DNA of 64,000 nucleotides from Amoebidium appalachense (GCA_963693365.1 CAVNZM010000011.1:558001-622000), one strand, 5' to 3'. Positions 13,141 to 26,359 are shown, numbered from the stretch's first letter. Notes: a model not told the origin generated them from the sequence alone. Made by a program: numbers and translations.

Positions 13141-14319
13141 CCGGGGGGCGCCGCCCTGGTTACCATTCCACACGGACAGGATGCTCACAGCACGATCAAT
13201 CAATGGTGCACAGTGGCCTATCAACCACTTCCCTGCCATCCCTAACCATCCCACATCTTGAGATTCGTGCAACCTCTCCGTGTGTGCTCTTTTCTAGGCT
13301 AACTTTATAATGCAGCTGTGCCACCCTTCCCACCCCCCTTCCCCTCCCCCCCCCCCCCCCCCCCCTTCTCCCCCCCCCCCCCCCCCCGCCCTCCCCACAC
13401 ACACATGCGTCACGCACACATACCCACGGGTGGCACGCACCCACGCGCATGGACACGCACACACATGTACACAAACACACACACACACACGCACACACGC
13501 ACACACGCATACGAACACGAACACGCGCGCGCCGCATGCTCGGATCATGCATTCTGCATATCAGGAGGTAGTCTAATGATCACTAATGATGGCCTTTCAA
13601 AACGTGCACGTTTTCAGGCCATCATATGCTTGCTTCAAATCCTTGACGCCGCCTGGCACATGTTCATGACACGGGGCCATCCGCCTGCTACGATAATAGC
13701 CCTCTTTGTCTACTCAGTACATGTGGGCGTGACAAGAATTATGGCGTGCCTAGCGCTCTGACAGGCGCAACCCTTCAATCGGATGTGGATGATGGCCAAG
13801 TTGCGCACAAAGTTAGATCTATTTGGATCTATTCTAAATATTGGTAGTTAGTAGCTGTGATCGAAAGCCAATTAAATAAGCCAAACTGAAACGCACGCCG
13901 CCACGTGACGCGGCAGCGGCGGCACTACGCGGCACAAGTTCACAACGGTTCTGGAAGAAAGGACTGAACTCTAAGAGTGATACCGATAAGGCTGAGCGCT
14001 TATAACAACAGGCTATCGCCAAGGTGCCAAACTGCATTGCCCTCACATACTCAAAAGGCTTGGTCGATGCAGGTCGCGCTTTGGTGATCTTTGTACAGTA
14101 GCATACTTAGTAAGGTACAATAGTCTTGCATGTTGATATTATAATTTCAATTTGGCAATTTGCAAAGGTACGTTAGCCAATCATAGATAAGCCGTAGATG
14201 ACAGCCTTGCCGGCAATGTACTGGCAACCTGCTCCTGTCCCATGCAAGTCACGGCAAGATAAGTGAAGTCTTCACCCCACGGCCACACGTCTGTGGCACA
14301 CCGTTTGTTAGCGCCCACC

Positions 14320-15444
14320 ATGACGTTTGCTGTGGCGACCATTGCATGCGCTGTGTTTCTGGCTGCCGGTCTAGATGGCACACACGCGCAGGACACAGGC
14401 ATGCCGCAGGGCTACACCCTTGTGCTGTCTGATGCGTGGCGGGTGGTTGGGGGCAGGGCCAAGCACGTGACTTTGCCAGGAGCGGTGGATGACTTTGTGT
14501 GCGCGAGAGAGTGCGACCAAATAAGGAGCTGCCTGGCTTTCCAGCCCGCCCCGTCATCGGTGGACGCGGACAGCCAGAAAAAGGGTCCGCCCACCGGCTG
14601 TGCCCTCTTTTACTCAATCACAAACCTGACGGCTCTCCGCACGCCCCTTGGTATCACCGACCCCTCCAACATGCCCGCTGGCCTGCGCAATTTCTACCTG
14701 CGGGATGACCGGTTCAGAGCAAAATGCAACAGCAGCGAGTTTGCCAGCTACACTGTGTTCACTAAATGGCGGTTTGGGAGTATGGCCAGTGCGTTCAAGT
14801 GCCTCCCCATAGGCAGGGACGGAGGGAGCTGCAAGGTGAGCACGTCTGGGGCCGGGCAGGAAAACAAATTCTTCGACCTGACAAACAACAACAACGGGTG
14901 TGAGGCAGCTTTGCGCTGCACCAGGGCCCTACACGTGGTGCCGTTTACTGTGGTGGGTGGGCACGACACCACAGGCTACACGTGCAACAGGGCCCAGCTG
15001 GTAGATGGCTATACACCAACCAGGCCCATGGTGGCTGTGGGGGGCAACAGGACGGTGATGGATGCCTCCCCGCAGGTAACAAACACAGACTGCTACCTCA
15101 CGTGCAAAAACTGCACGGGGTGTCTTGCATTCCACCGCAGGCCCTCGAATGGAACACAGACCGCAGCATGTGTGCTTTTTACGTCGCTAAAGGGACTGGT
15201 CCTGCAAAAGGACAACTCCACGACCCCAGCTTACTTGGGGGTCGGGTATATTCTTGTCACCAGCAGGCTGCCTACTTGCAATAACAACGAGTTCTTTGGC
15301 ATAACCACTAACACAGACAGTGGGAACATTTCCAAATATAGTAACTTTGGCTGCCGTGCATTGAGGAGGGCAGGGGAGAGCTGCAGCCGCACTGTTGACG
15401 TCACCAATGGCAACGGTGGGTGTGGGCAGGGGTTGCGGGTGTGA
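14320..15444 (+). CDS. Secreted cysteine-rich protein with two tandem PAN/apple-like modules
   Basis: ATG in CCACCATG context and signal peptide MTFAVATIACAVFLAAG. Two internally homologous modules: CARECDQIRSCLAFQ...GCALF...CNSSEF...CLPIGRDGGSC...NGCEAALRC and CYLTCKNCTGCLAFH...ACVLF...CNNNEF...CRALRRAGESC...GGCGQGLR. C-x3-C-x5-C-xAF...C-x-L is the PAN/apple signature. The 3' end may be spliced. Confidence 0.75.
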   Translation: MTFAVATIACAVFLAAGLDGTHAQDTGMPQGYTLVLSDAWRVVGGRAKHVTLPGAVDDFVCARECDQIRSCLAFQPAPSSVDADSQKKGPPTGCALFYSITNLTALRTPLGITDPSNMPAGLRNFYLRDDRFRAKCNSSEFASYTVFTKWRFGSMASAFKCLPIGRDGGSCKVSTSGAGQENKFFDLTNNNNGCEAALRCTRALHVVPFTVVGGHDTTGYTCNRAQLVDGYTPTRPMVAVGGNRTVMDASPQVTNTDCYLTCKNCTGCLAFHRRPSNGTQTAACVLFTSLKGLVLQKDNSTTPAYLGVGYILVTSRLPTCNNNEFFGITTNTDSGNISKYSNFGCRALRRAGESCSRTVDVTNGNGGCGQGLRV

Positions 15445-16413
15445 CCGCGGGGCTAACCTCACATGCACGGCCAATGCATAGCACGTGCACGCACACATGT
15501 CACACTATGGTGTGTGCATGCATTGGGGGGGGGGGGGGGGGAGGAGGCGAGGGGACCCCGGGGGGGGGGGGGGGGGAAGTCTCCTGTGTAGTGTGTGCAC
15601 GTGTGACTTTCTATTAATTACCTCAAGTAACCGTCTGGAGCAATAGATCTTGCCACTCAGATGCATGATGTTTGCCCAGCGAGGCGGGAATTTGGCCTGG
15701 GGTATGGGGAGGCCAGAACATGTGTAACAATTTAAGTTAGAGACCGAGATAAAGAAGGAAACTACCCTTACCCATAATAGCTTTCAACAAAAAAAAGAGT
15801 ACGGAATTTAAAGGACTCCCTCAACTCCCGTTAAGATTCTACTCTGGAAATAGTCCAGTAAACAGACACCTGCTAAGCATGTGTTGTAACATAAATAGTG
15901 TTAGCTTGGCTGATAGAATCATTATCACCCTAGCTAATGTACAGTCGGGGCGCTTAGTGGAAGACGGTATAGTTCCTAAGAAGGACTCCTGGGGGCTTCT
16001 CCGGGAACAAAATGGAATACAATCGTGATCATGGCATTGCCACCCTCAGCTAGGGACTGTCTTATTGGGTACCAAGTGCACTGCTCGGATGCTTCTTATC
16101 CCCTCCCCCTTCCCTCCCTGCCTCCCTGCCCCCCTCCCCCCCCCCCCCTCCCCATGCATACACACACATGGGAGAGGGGGGGGGGGGGGGGGTATCCGGA
16201 CCACCTGCTCCCCCACCCCCTGCACCCCCTTCCCTCCCACCAGATTAGAGACCCCCATCCCTGCCCAAGCTAACCACACCGTGCATATGGGTGAGGGGGG
16301 ATAGGGGGTAGAGAGGAGGGGGGGGGGGGGGGTAAGGGAAGGGGGGGTTGGGAGAGGGAGGGGGATCCACCTGTTCTTGTACGGTGGTGCCAGTGGTGTG
16401 GCAACCCGCGGCT

Positions 16414-16449
<36 letters not shown>

Positions 16450-16983
16450 TCCCTCCCTCCTTCCCAGCTCCCCTCCCTCCCTCCTCCTCCTCTCTGATGA
16501 TGGGCTCTGCCGATGATGCACACTTTTTTATGTATGTTTTGCACTCTTGGTAATTATGATCATTGTGTTGTCCTCTGAGTCTCAGAACGTAACTTCGAAC
16601 TCTGGACGTATACTATGATACTAGTTTTGTTAACTCGCAGGCAAGTGAAAGCATGCCAAGATAGACGAAACACCCTGCATTGTTTCACCCAGTGGGTGTA
16701 CACATGCGCACCATTTTTTTTATTCCATGCACTCACGCACAGTGTACACGATGAGAGGCAAGGGGAAAGAGAGGGCCCAGGGAGGGAGTTCGAGAGAAAG
16801 AGAGAGATCGAGAGCTCTAGAGAGCGAGAGATCTAGAGCAAGAGAAACTGTGGATGTGAATTGCAGTGTGTGCACCGTGCGTGCATGTTGCACGTCAGTG
16901 TGTGTCCCCATGTGCGTGCATGCGTGTTGTGCCACGGTGTGCACGTGTACGTGTGTGCATCTGTGTACACGTGTGTGTGTGTC

Positions 16984-17038
<55 letters not shown>

Positions 17039-17670
17039 TCTGTGTGCATGTTTGTGTGCATGCGTGCAACCCCAGATGAAATGTGTACACTGGCATGCCT
17101 GTGTGTATGTTTGCCAATGGGAGGGTGAGCGGAAGGGGGGGGGGGGGAGGGGAGGGGAGGGGGGGGGGGGGGGGGGGAGAGAGAGAGTTCCTTTTTTTTG
17201 GGGGGGGGGGGGAGGAGGGGTTGATGAATGCATGGATGTTGTTGAAGGGACCTCTAAGAGGCTTCAAGGACGGCTTGGGAAGTAAAGAAAAAAGGAGGGA
17301 TGGCATGAAGACATATCAGCAATATTTGCACAACACAGCATACATGTCCTTTTATTCAAATAAAGCCAAGTTCAGGTCTGAACGGCAGCCATTTTTCCAT
17401 GCCTCGAGTTCTTGTAGCACTTGCATATTATACACCATTTAGGGTAGAGGCCTGCCTTGACTACATACACCAATTAGAGTTTGGATTATTATCCCCATTT
17501 CATCACACTTGCAGGTTGTTTGTTAATCGATTATGAGCATCACGCTCTCTTGATACAATACAGACACCGAGACTTTCAAAAACCAATTAGAAATCATATT
17601 TATAGCACTTCCTTACTGCAGGGCACACATGCTTTAATATTACATGCTTCATTACTCTCAACAACACCCA

Positions 17671-18829
17671 CTAGTCCCCCCCCACATAGCCCAGTTCCCC
17701 CCCATAGCCCTCATCTGCGCTGGAGCCCTGGGCCTCGTCGTGGTCGCTCACAGGATCGCTGATCTGATTGGACACGGCGGCCAGCACTCTGCCCAGAGGC
17801 TCACCTCCAGCCACGCGCTTGAGCAGGCGCATGAGCCTGCCGTGGCAGTAGTACCGTGCAAGGTCCATGACGCTGATGTTGTCCTGGTTGCGCACGTGCA
17901 CAGTGGCCCCGTTCTGGATCAGCATCGCCACCGTGCCAAGGCAGTTATTCTGCACGGCCGCAAACAGCGGTGTGGACCCGTCCGTCAGGGGGATCTCTGG
18001 GTTGGCGCCGCGCCTGAACAGGGCCTTGACGGCCAGGTAGTGGCTGTGCTGCACGGCCATGAACAGGGGCGTGGCCCCGTCGCTCTTGCGCACGTTGACC
18101 TCGGCACCTGCCCTTAGCAGCACGTCCACTATCTCGCAGTTGCCCTTCTCACTGGCAATGTGCAGGGGGGCTGCCCCGTCGTGCTTGTTCTGGTTCGGGC
18201 TGGCCCCGGCCTGCAGCAGCATGTGCACAATGGGCAGGAAGTTGTTTTGTGCCGCCACAAACAGCGGGGAGGCGCCGTCGGCCAATGTTATGGTTGGGTC
18301 GGCACCAAAGGCCAGGCACAGCTCCACAAGGGCCGTGTGGCCGTTCTGTGCGGCCATGAAGAGCGGGGTGGCCCCGTCCATCTTGGCCTGGTTGGCCACC
18401 GCACCCTGCAGGGTCCAGGGGTTAGCATGCCTGTGTCTTCTGCCCTAAGACATCTACTCTTTCACTCCTTTCTTCCCGACAGACTTCATGCAAATTCTAA
18501 AAGCAAGACATGACCGTGAAATCTCCAGGATGCATCCCCCCCCCCCCCCCCCCCCCCCCCCCTGCCCCCCGACCCCCACAAAAAAAAAGAATAAAATAAA
18601 AATAAAAATAAATAAAAAATAAATAAAAATAAAATAAAAGAAAAGAAAAGAAAAAAAAAATAAAAAAATGTGCGCACACACCCACACACGCACACAAAAA
18701 TAAAACTAAGGCTTTATTAAATATAAAAAATAAAAAAATAAAAAATAAAAAAAAAAAAAGAAAGAAAGAAAGAAAGAAAGAAAGAAAAGAGAAGAAAAAA
18801 AGAACGAAAGAAACAAAAAAAAACATGCC

Positions 18830-18904
<75 letters not shown>

Positions 18905-20930
18905 CCTGCAGCAGCAACCTGGCCAGGTCTGTGTGGCCCTTCTCGGCGGCTATGTGCAGTGCGCTAGCGCCGTCGTGCTTAAGCAGGTTGACGTCAGCCC
19001 CGTGGGCCGTCAGCAGCTGCACCATCTCCACGTGCCCGTTCTGTGACGCCACAAACAGCGGGCTGGCCCCGTCGTGCAGCTGCGCATCCACCTGCGCCTG
19101 CAAGGCTAAAGTCAGGACCCATGGCACAGACAGGCACAGACAGGCATACAGCTAGAGTGCAACCCTCTACCCCTATCCCGACCATGCACGTACGTTTTCA
19201 GCAAGCAGCAGCTTTGCGGCAGCCAGGTAGCCGTTCTGTGCAGCTATGAAGAGGGGGCTGGCCCCGTCCTGCAGCCTCTGGTCCACAAGTGCCCCCTGAC
19301 CAAGCAGCAGCTGCAGCACCGCCTCGTGCCCGCTCTGTGCCGCCATGAACAGTGGGCTGGCTCCGTCCTGTGGAAACACCAGTCAGCACCCTTAGAACCA
19401 GCAGGCCCAGAACATGGACTCAATGGACATTTAGAAACACGTGCTCACACACTTGCACCTTTACAAGCACCTGGTCACACACAGCATACAGACACCATCT
19501 ATCGCACGTGTGTGCTCACCTTCTTGCACTTGAGAACGTCCGCACCATGCTCGACCAACATCTCGGCCACCTGCACGTGGCCCTTCTCAGCAGCTATGTG
19601 CAGGGGGGTGGCCCCGTCGTGCTTCCTTGCATCAACCTCCGCTCCCCGTGCAAGCAGCAGCTTAACCACGTCCACACCATTGTTCTGTGATGCAATAAAC
19701 AGGGGGGTGGCGCCGTCGGGCAGCTGTGAATTAACGTTTGCACGGCCCTCCAGAAGTTGCCTGTGAAGGTTAAAACCTCGTCAGACCACTAAAGAAGCAC
19801 AGTCACACTACACCTATACGACATACACACTTCCTCCACAAACATCCCAACCACACGGCACAACTCTCACCCCCCCCCCCCCCCCTCCCTCCCTCCCCGG
19901 CCTCCCCAAAACACACAGACACACACAGACACACACACACACCTTGCCGCTGCCTCGTGGCAGTACCAGGCAGCACCGTGCAGGGCCGTCCACCCGCCCA
20001 GGTTTTGGAACTCCGGCTGGGCGCCGTGCAGCAGCAGCACCCTGACCACCTCCGCATTGTTCTGCTGTGCCGCAAAGTACAGCGCAGACAGCCCCTCGTC
20101 AAACACGTGGTTGGGGTCGGCCCGACCCGACCCGAGCAGGTTCTGCACAAACGTAGCGTGGCCCTCGTCGACGGCTAGTTGGTAAAGGTCGACTGGCTTG
20201 ATCAACGCCACATCCAGGCGCAGTGAATACAGTCTGGGTGTGTGGCGCATAACCCAGCGCGCTGCCTCCTGCACCTGGTCAAAGTCGCTGGATGGAACAA
20301 AACATTAGTCGCGTGCGCAATTCACTGCTGGTTCACGTTTAAATCAAACTTCCTGTTATACGATCACGTTGAGCTCTCCTAACCCCTGCTATAGTGGTTC
20401 TATTCAAACCAATGTTTTACTAGCAATAGAGAGTGACAAAAGAGTCGCAGACATCAAATTGCGCCAAGCAGCAGTTAGCCTCTTATCACTCAGGCACCAA
20501 GACTCAAGCACCACAACCAACTCTGAGATTTCACGAGCACATATACACAAAGCACAGTTGACAAATATTTCCTCCTTATTCCAGCCACTGCTTCTAAAAT
20601 ACCATCCACCTTGCATACACCCTTGCCCCTTGTTACGTGCCCAACACAAATTATTTTCACCTGGTGCACTCACCTAAACTGGGGGCAGTTTCGAAGATCC
20701 ACAAACTCGATGTTCGGGCAGAAAGTAAGGCACGCCTTAACCATAGCCTCGTCTACAGTGCCCCGCGCACTTACGTCCTCCAGAGCCAAATGCTTTCTTA
20801 CCCGGCGCTCTACTCGAGTCACGTGGCACCAAAACCAGTTCGTTTTGCCCATATTCGCTATTTCTTTGATGGAGAGAAACTTATAAATGTGGAGAGCAAT
20901 CTCAACGGGGAGGCCTGCCGTGTAATCCAT
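17671..20930 (-). CDS. F-box (N-terminal) + short LRR-like segment + long ankyrin-repeat array protein
   Basis: Six in-frame exons: 20930-20674, 20287-19943, 19760-19520, 19367-19194, 19097-18903, 18405-17671. F-box-like LPVEIALHIYKFLSIKEIANMGKTNWFW, LRR-like CPNIEFVDLRNC, then more than 12 ankyrin repeats of the form DGA(T/S)PL(F/H)xA(A/S)(QN/EK)GH. Confidence 0.88.
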
Positions 20931-22748
20931 GGTTGAAACCCTTGCACCTAAACTAGCGCGCTCACCACGAGAATACGGGTGCATAACACGTTCAAGCCTA
21001 GCAACTTCTCTTCGTTCTTTGGACCTTCAGTTTCGCTGTTTTTTTCGAGAGCTCAATCCCCCTACGTGCAGCCTAGCTGCCTAGCGCGTGCATAAATATT
21101 GTTAACAAGAAAAAGGATGCTACAGGTCTTCAAGCAAAGTTACTTGCCGTTCATACAAATTAATCAAGCACAAAAGGAGTCTGTTCCTGGGCAATAGCGT
21201 GCACAGAGTGAAAACGTTCAACTGCAAGACAACTCGTGACCTGTAAAACGCCAACCGCCCTGACTCTGACATGCCCCCAATATATATAGGTCCGTGGAAG
21301 AATGTTGCGAGCAGCCAATCAAGTTTTAACTACGCATGGCTCATAAATCATGCTCTCATCGTCTGATTGGATAAATTTCAGCACTGATCCCGGATTTCGC
21401 CATATCGGGTTTTGCAAACACCGCCATTCTTTGGCGCAAATGGCTTGTACAAGTAATGTCAGGAGAAGTAAAGTAGACAAGACAGTAAATAAAATAATGG
21501 AATTTTAGTATCATCATCTTCTATTAAAGCTTGTATGTAATAGAATAGTTGAGGCCACGTTGTGTAGCTAGCACTTTGAACTTACTGAGCTGGGTGGCCC
21601 CCTCGATATCGAGGAACCAACTATTCGAACTGAGTCATCTAAACTCGACATGATATTATCATAGTGCTTTAATGATAGATAAATATATATAAATAAAAAT
21701 AAATAATAACTGCCATTACGAAATAACGCTTATGCTAGCTACTGTGCATTGTAATTTGGGAAGCTCTAGCTTGGAGTAGGGACCTTGTACAAAGAAACAT
21801 CTTATTTAGCTGCTACCGTTGTGATTGGCTGCTGCTAATTTATATAATAGCATTCCTGGCATACCAGGATTTCGCCGTTTTGAACACTTTTCGTAGTTTG
21901 CCGTAGCTACCTACGTATAAGGATACATTTGCCTTCTTGCAAAAAAAAGTAGCGGTGACATAAAAGACTTCAAAAAGCAAGGCAGGTAATTACTTGAGCG
22001 ATTTTGTTTCTCACAGTTGCCTGGCGCTATGGCAAACCTTATGCTTTCTTCTGCGTAAGACCCACTGTCACCCACTGGGACCCACATCAATTCTTGCTTC
22101 AAAATCTGGTGCCAGGCTTTTGAGCATGATTTTCACTCAATCGCCGTGTCTTATTTTTATGGACGATAAAAGGTGTGCCCGCAGGCATGTTAAGAATGTA
22201 ATCCTTGCCAGTGCCGGGTGGCACGGCGGCCAGACTGCCAGAGGGTCACACATCGTTCAACGCTCCCAGTTGACCGGAGAGAAGTGACTGAAATAAGCCC
22301 TTGATAAGCGTGCACGTATACTGTACCGCCTGCCTGCTACCTTTTGAGGTACCGGTAGGTCTTGGGCGGACTAAAGTTCCCTCTGAGGCTATTGATCACG
22401 TGCCTTCTCATTCCCCTGAAATGTAAAGCTAGAGATTGCATGTGGCACTAGTACTGGCAGGCCAGTTGCAGATCTAGAGCCTCAGCTGTGTGCTCACTGC
22501 TCAGTCTGTCAGTGGTGGTGTCATGTTTATGTTAGGTGCTCGCAAGCCCATTGGCCTTCTGAACTTGCTGCAACACCGGATAGCTACCTGCGATGTGAAT
22601 TCGAGTATACGGCCATATGCGAGAAGAAGGTCAATTCTTGGCTAACTCAAACGCGAAGTGTTCATTGTTGAAGTAATGCACCCACATGCTTTCACCCATG
22701 CACACGCACACGCACACGCACATACATGTCTCGACACACACACACAAG

Positions 22749-22787
<39 letters not shown>

Positions 22788-23630
22788 GCACACACGCAAA
22801 AGCCCTAATATTTAGTGTGCCTGTTTATTTGTATATTCGCGCGCGCGCACGCACGTGTGTGTGTGTGTGTGTGTGCAGTGTGTATGCGTGCATTTGTGAA
22901 TGTATGTGTGTGTTCGTGTGTGTTTTGGTGCATGTGTGGCGTGTGTACGCGTGTTTCTGTGTGTGTGTTCGTGTGAAATGATGGAATCTTCCCCCCCCCC
23001 CCTTCCGTTTGGCTTACATCTATGTTTTGTGAACTGCTTTCAAAGACAACATGGTTACCGTCGCTCACTCATACATCTATGCTACATGTGCATGGCCAGT
23101 GTGAAAGCAGAAAGTTTACGTGCCCAGTTACGTGCGGGGTGTGTCACGTTGTCTTCAGCGGTTATTTGTTCTGTGGCTATGTGTGTGTGCCTAAGCATCA
23201 GTGTTTTTTGAGTGTGTGCGGTGTTTGTTTACCTTAAGTGTGTGCGGTGTTTGTTTACCGTGTCGGTGCGGATGCGTGCATGTTTTTGCATCAACGAATT
23301 CTTCTCTCCCAAAAAAAGATTTAACCACAGATAGTCTCAGGCCTAGGCGTCAAGCAAGAACACCACTATGACCACCCACGGCGTGCAGTCCCTTGCGCGC
23401 TTTCTGCTCTTGTGGAGAGGTGGAGATATATTTTTGGCGACTGTGGCGGTTTAAGGTATTAAGTTTACTAAACTAAAAGCTTTTTTCTGTGGAAATTCCC
23501 ATGTCACGTTGGTGGAAACGAGTTTTTTGGTACACGTGTTTGCCCGGAAGGTGAACGGCCCCGGGGGAGGGTTGTGGTGGTGGTGGTGGTAGGGTGGGGT
23601 GGGTGTGGGGGGGTAAGGGGGTGGGGAAAA

Positions 23631-23661
<31 letters not shown>

Positions 23662-23871
23662 GCTGGCTGAGATTGCGGACCAGGGACAGTGTGGCAAAAG
23701 CTTTCATCCAATCTTCGTGCTACTGCTGACCGTGTGTACTTCAGCGCGCAAGACCGTGCACCTATCGGCCCTGTTCACGCCATGGATGTGGTCGTAATAA
23801 CGTGATGATGATCTGGCGCTCGAGACAGTTGAACTATATTGTGCCAGCCTCTGCTGGGTATCATGTGTTCA

Positions 23872-24246
23872 AAAGGTTCAAATAGCTTCGAATTCGTATC
23901 TCATGGTAGCGGCAGTGGTTGTGACTTGTATGTGAGCCAGGCCAGCATGCCAAATTGTGAGTCTTGCGAGTTGTCGTTCTCGTTGTCCTCGTTGTCCACG
24001 TGGTCCTCCTGCCGACTCTCTCACGGCCGAGTCCAGCCGAGTCTTGGCCATGGACGAGGGGCCTGCCAGGCTGCCCGAACGGGTGCCGTCCTGGCTGCGG
24101 CACAGAGTTCGATATTACCAGAAAACGTTTGGTAATTTACCAAACTTTTTGAACGATTTCCCAAAGATCGTCCAAGAGAATGGTACAGCCCCCCCCCCCC
24201 CCCCCCCCCCCCCACGTGCACACACGCACACACACACACGCGCGCG

Positions 24247-24301
<55 letters not shown>

Positions 24302-24302
24302 G

Positions 24303-24349
<47 letters not shown>

Positions 24350-24544
24350 CTCCGGAGCCCCCTTGCCGATAGCCCTCCGGGCCCCTCCCTCCCCGGCCGG
24401 CCCCTCACCCACTTCCGGATCCTAGGCCTGGCACCCGGCCACTAACTCAGAGCACAGATCTGCGCACTCTTCGCCAAAAAACAACTCCACACAGCGACTT
24501 CCGGGGAGGGAGGGAGGGAGGGAGGGAGGAAGGGAGGGAGGGGA

Positions 24545-24596
<52 letters not shown>

Positions 24597-24689
24597 GGTG
24601 GACGATCGAGGGTTTTACCAAAGTTTTTTGGCGATTACCAAAGAACCAGTTGGCCCCCCCAATAATTCGAAACTAAAATTCGAACCCTG
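23872..24689. mobile_element. Degenerate non-autonomous TIR element (hAT-like end CAGGGTTCGAA)
   Basis: The right end TTCGAAACTAAAATTCGAACCCTG (to 24689) is an imperfect inverted copy of AAAGGTTCAAATAGCTTCGAATT (from 23872). Internal TTACCAAA repeats and an inverted pair GATCGTCCA/TGGACGATC near 24166/24599. No clean TSD. Confidence 0.4.
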
Positions 24690-24718
24690 CTGCCGCAGGG
24701 CTTTGCCAGGGGATCCAA

Positions 24719-24810
24719 CCAATCACAATCACCAATAAGTTTCTTCAGTGGTGCTTGCCTATCCATTCACAGCAAAGGATCTATAAAGAATTTACAATAG
24801 ATTTTGGCGC
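24719..24810 (+). promoter_or_regulatory. CCAAT boxes plus E2F-like site upstream of the WD40 gene
   Basis: CCAAT at 24719 and 24732; ATTTTGGCGC at 24801-24810, about 0.6 kb upstream of the ATG. Confidence 0.4.
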
Positions 24811-25423
24811 CAGCAGCCTGACGCCGCTCTGGCGCCAGAAGTTCCCAGAACCCTGCAAGGCCTGAGCCGCTGCGCGGCCTGCATGCGCGCAGAGGCGGCG
24901 TACGCATAGTACAGCTGCAAGGTTCCACGGAATTCCGTGCTACCGTGCTACCTTGTTCATACGCCATAGTCTGCCCATGCATACTTGAGCGCTCTAGTCG
25001 TACCACTATGATGGCTCATGAATTCGAGTCATGCGCCATGTCGACGCACACCAACACTGATCCTAAGGACTGATTGAAAAAGAAAAAAAAACGACTAATA
25101 AAATGATTAATGCATATGGGCACTACTATACTCGAGTTATAAGCAGATATGATATATGCTAACTACACATAGTAAAGGATTGAAAACAAATTACCAACAA
25201 CAGGCACAATAATCGTAAGGGGAGGATCTGGTGTACTTTGACATAGGAAAGAGAAACAGAAACAAACATCCAGGATGATATAACGGTTGTCTGTTAGGTA
25301 GTAAAAACGTAGCTAGGCTAGTTTCAAGCGCGTTATCATAATCAATAGCAGTGACCCGAGTTTGTAAACACTCCTGCCCTACAATAATCATAAGAGTTGG
25401 CCACAAGTTGTGGTTTAGGCAGG

Positions 25424-25896
25424 ATGACATCACTCAGCCTTCGTGACCCAACGGGGCCCAGCCAACACTCGTGGCTGGCTGGCAAGAGCAGCACATACTT
25501 TCCTCTCAAACGGCTGGTCGAGGCAGAACACAAGAGGAAGGCACAGGCCCCGTTTTCTCGTGTTGTCGCCACAATCGAAATCATCGGCAGTGGTGGTGCT
25601 TCGGAGCTCGTTTCCAGGTAATTTTTGTTTTTTCACCGTTAGAATGTAATGCCTTTATCCATACCGCCGTATTTGGGGTGGGTAACAGCCCCCGTAAGCC
25701 TAATTTTCCAGCCGTGTGAAACTGAACCCGTAGCAATGCAGAACCGAGAGTCTGACGCCGTTTCTTGTTCGCCCGGAGTAGAAATATTATTGCGTATTGG
25801 GGAGCTGGTGTAGGGCCCACTTATGTTGTTTAGTGATTCTTCTTACCCACGTCGTTACCTTTCAGAATCTATCAATCAATGACTGCACAGATACAG

Positions 25897-25927
<31 letters not shown>

Positions 25928-26005
25928 CCCCCCCCCCCGCCAATCACCGGGCCCTCCACCACCACCCTCCTCCTTCTCCCCTTCCCCTCCCCCCCCCCCC
26001 CCTCC

Positions 26006-26036
<31 letters not shown>

Positions 26037-26328
26037 AAAAAAAAAAAAGAAAGAAAGAAAGAAAGAGAGAGAAGGAAAAAAAGAAAGGGAGGAAAAAAAA
26101 ACACGTAAGCGAAGATTTTTTGCAGCACTGCCCAAGTTTTTTCTTTCAAATAGCTGGCGGTCTATCAGAATGCCACCCTTTCCTCGCTTTTTTGAGCGTA
26201 GCCACCACTGGGGTCTGCGGTTGACCTCGATCTTTCCCCTTCCGCCTTCCCCCCCCCCCCAACCACGCATACGCGTAGACACACTTGCACGCACGCACGC
26301 CACACACAGACACACAGACATACACACA

Positions 26329-26359
<31 letters not shown>

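Noticed and set aside
17644-18513. Plus-strand ORFs of 117-157 aa
   Set aside because: Antisense shadows of the GC-rich ankyrin exon.
21911-22102. WVPVGDSGSYAEE resembling the RNase H WVPGHSG motif
   Set aside because: Catalytic His and the GNE.AD motif are missing, and there is no flanking RT sequence.
23957-24445. 162-aa ORF as an upstream exon of the WD40 gene
   Set aside because: It lies inside a degenerate TIR element, runs into simple repeats and sits upstream of the likely promoter motifs.
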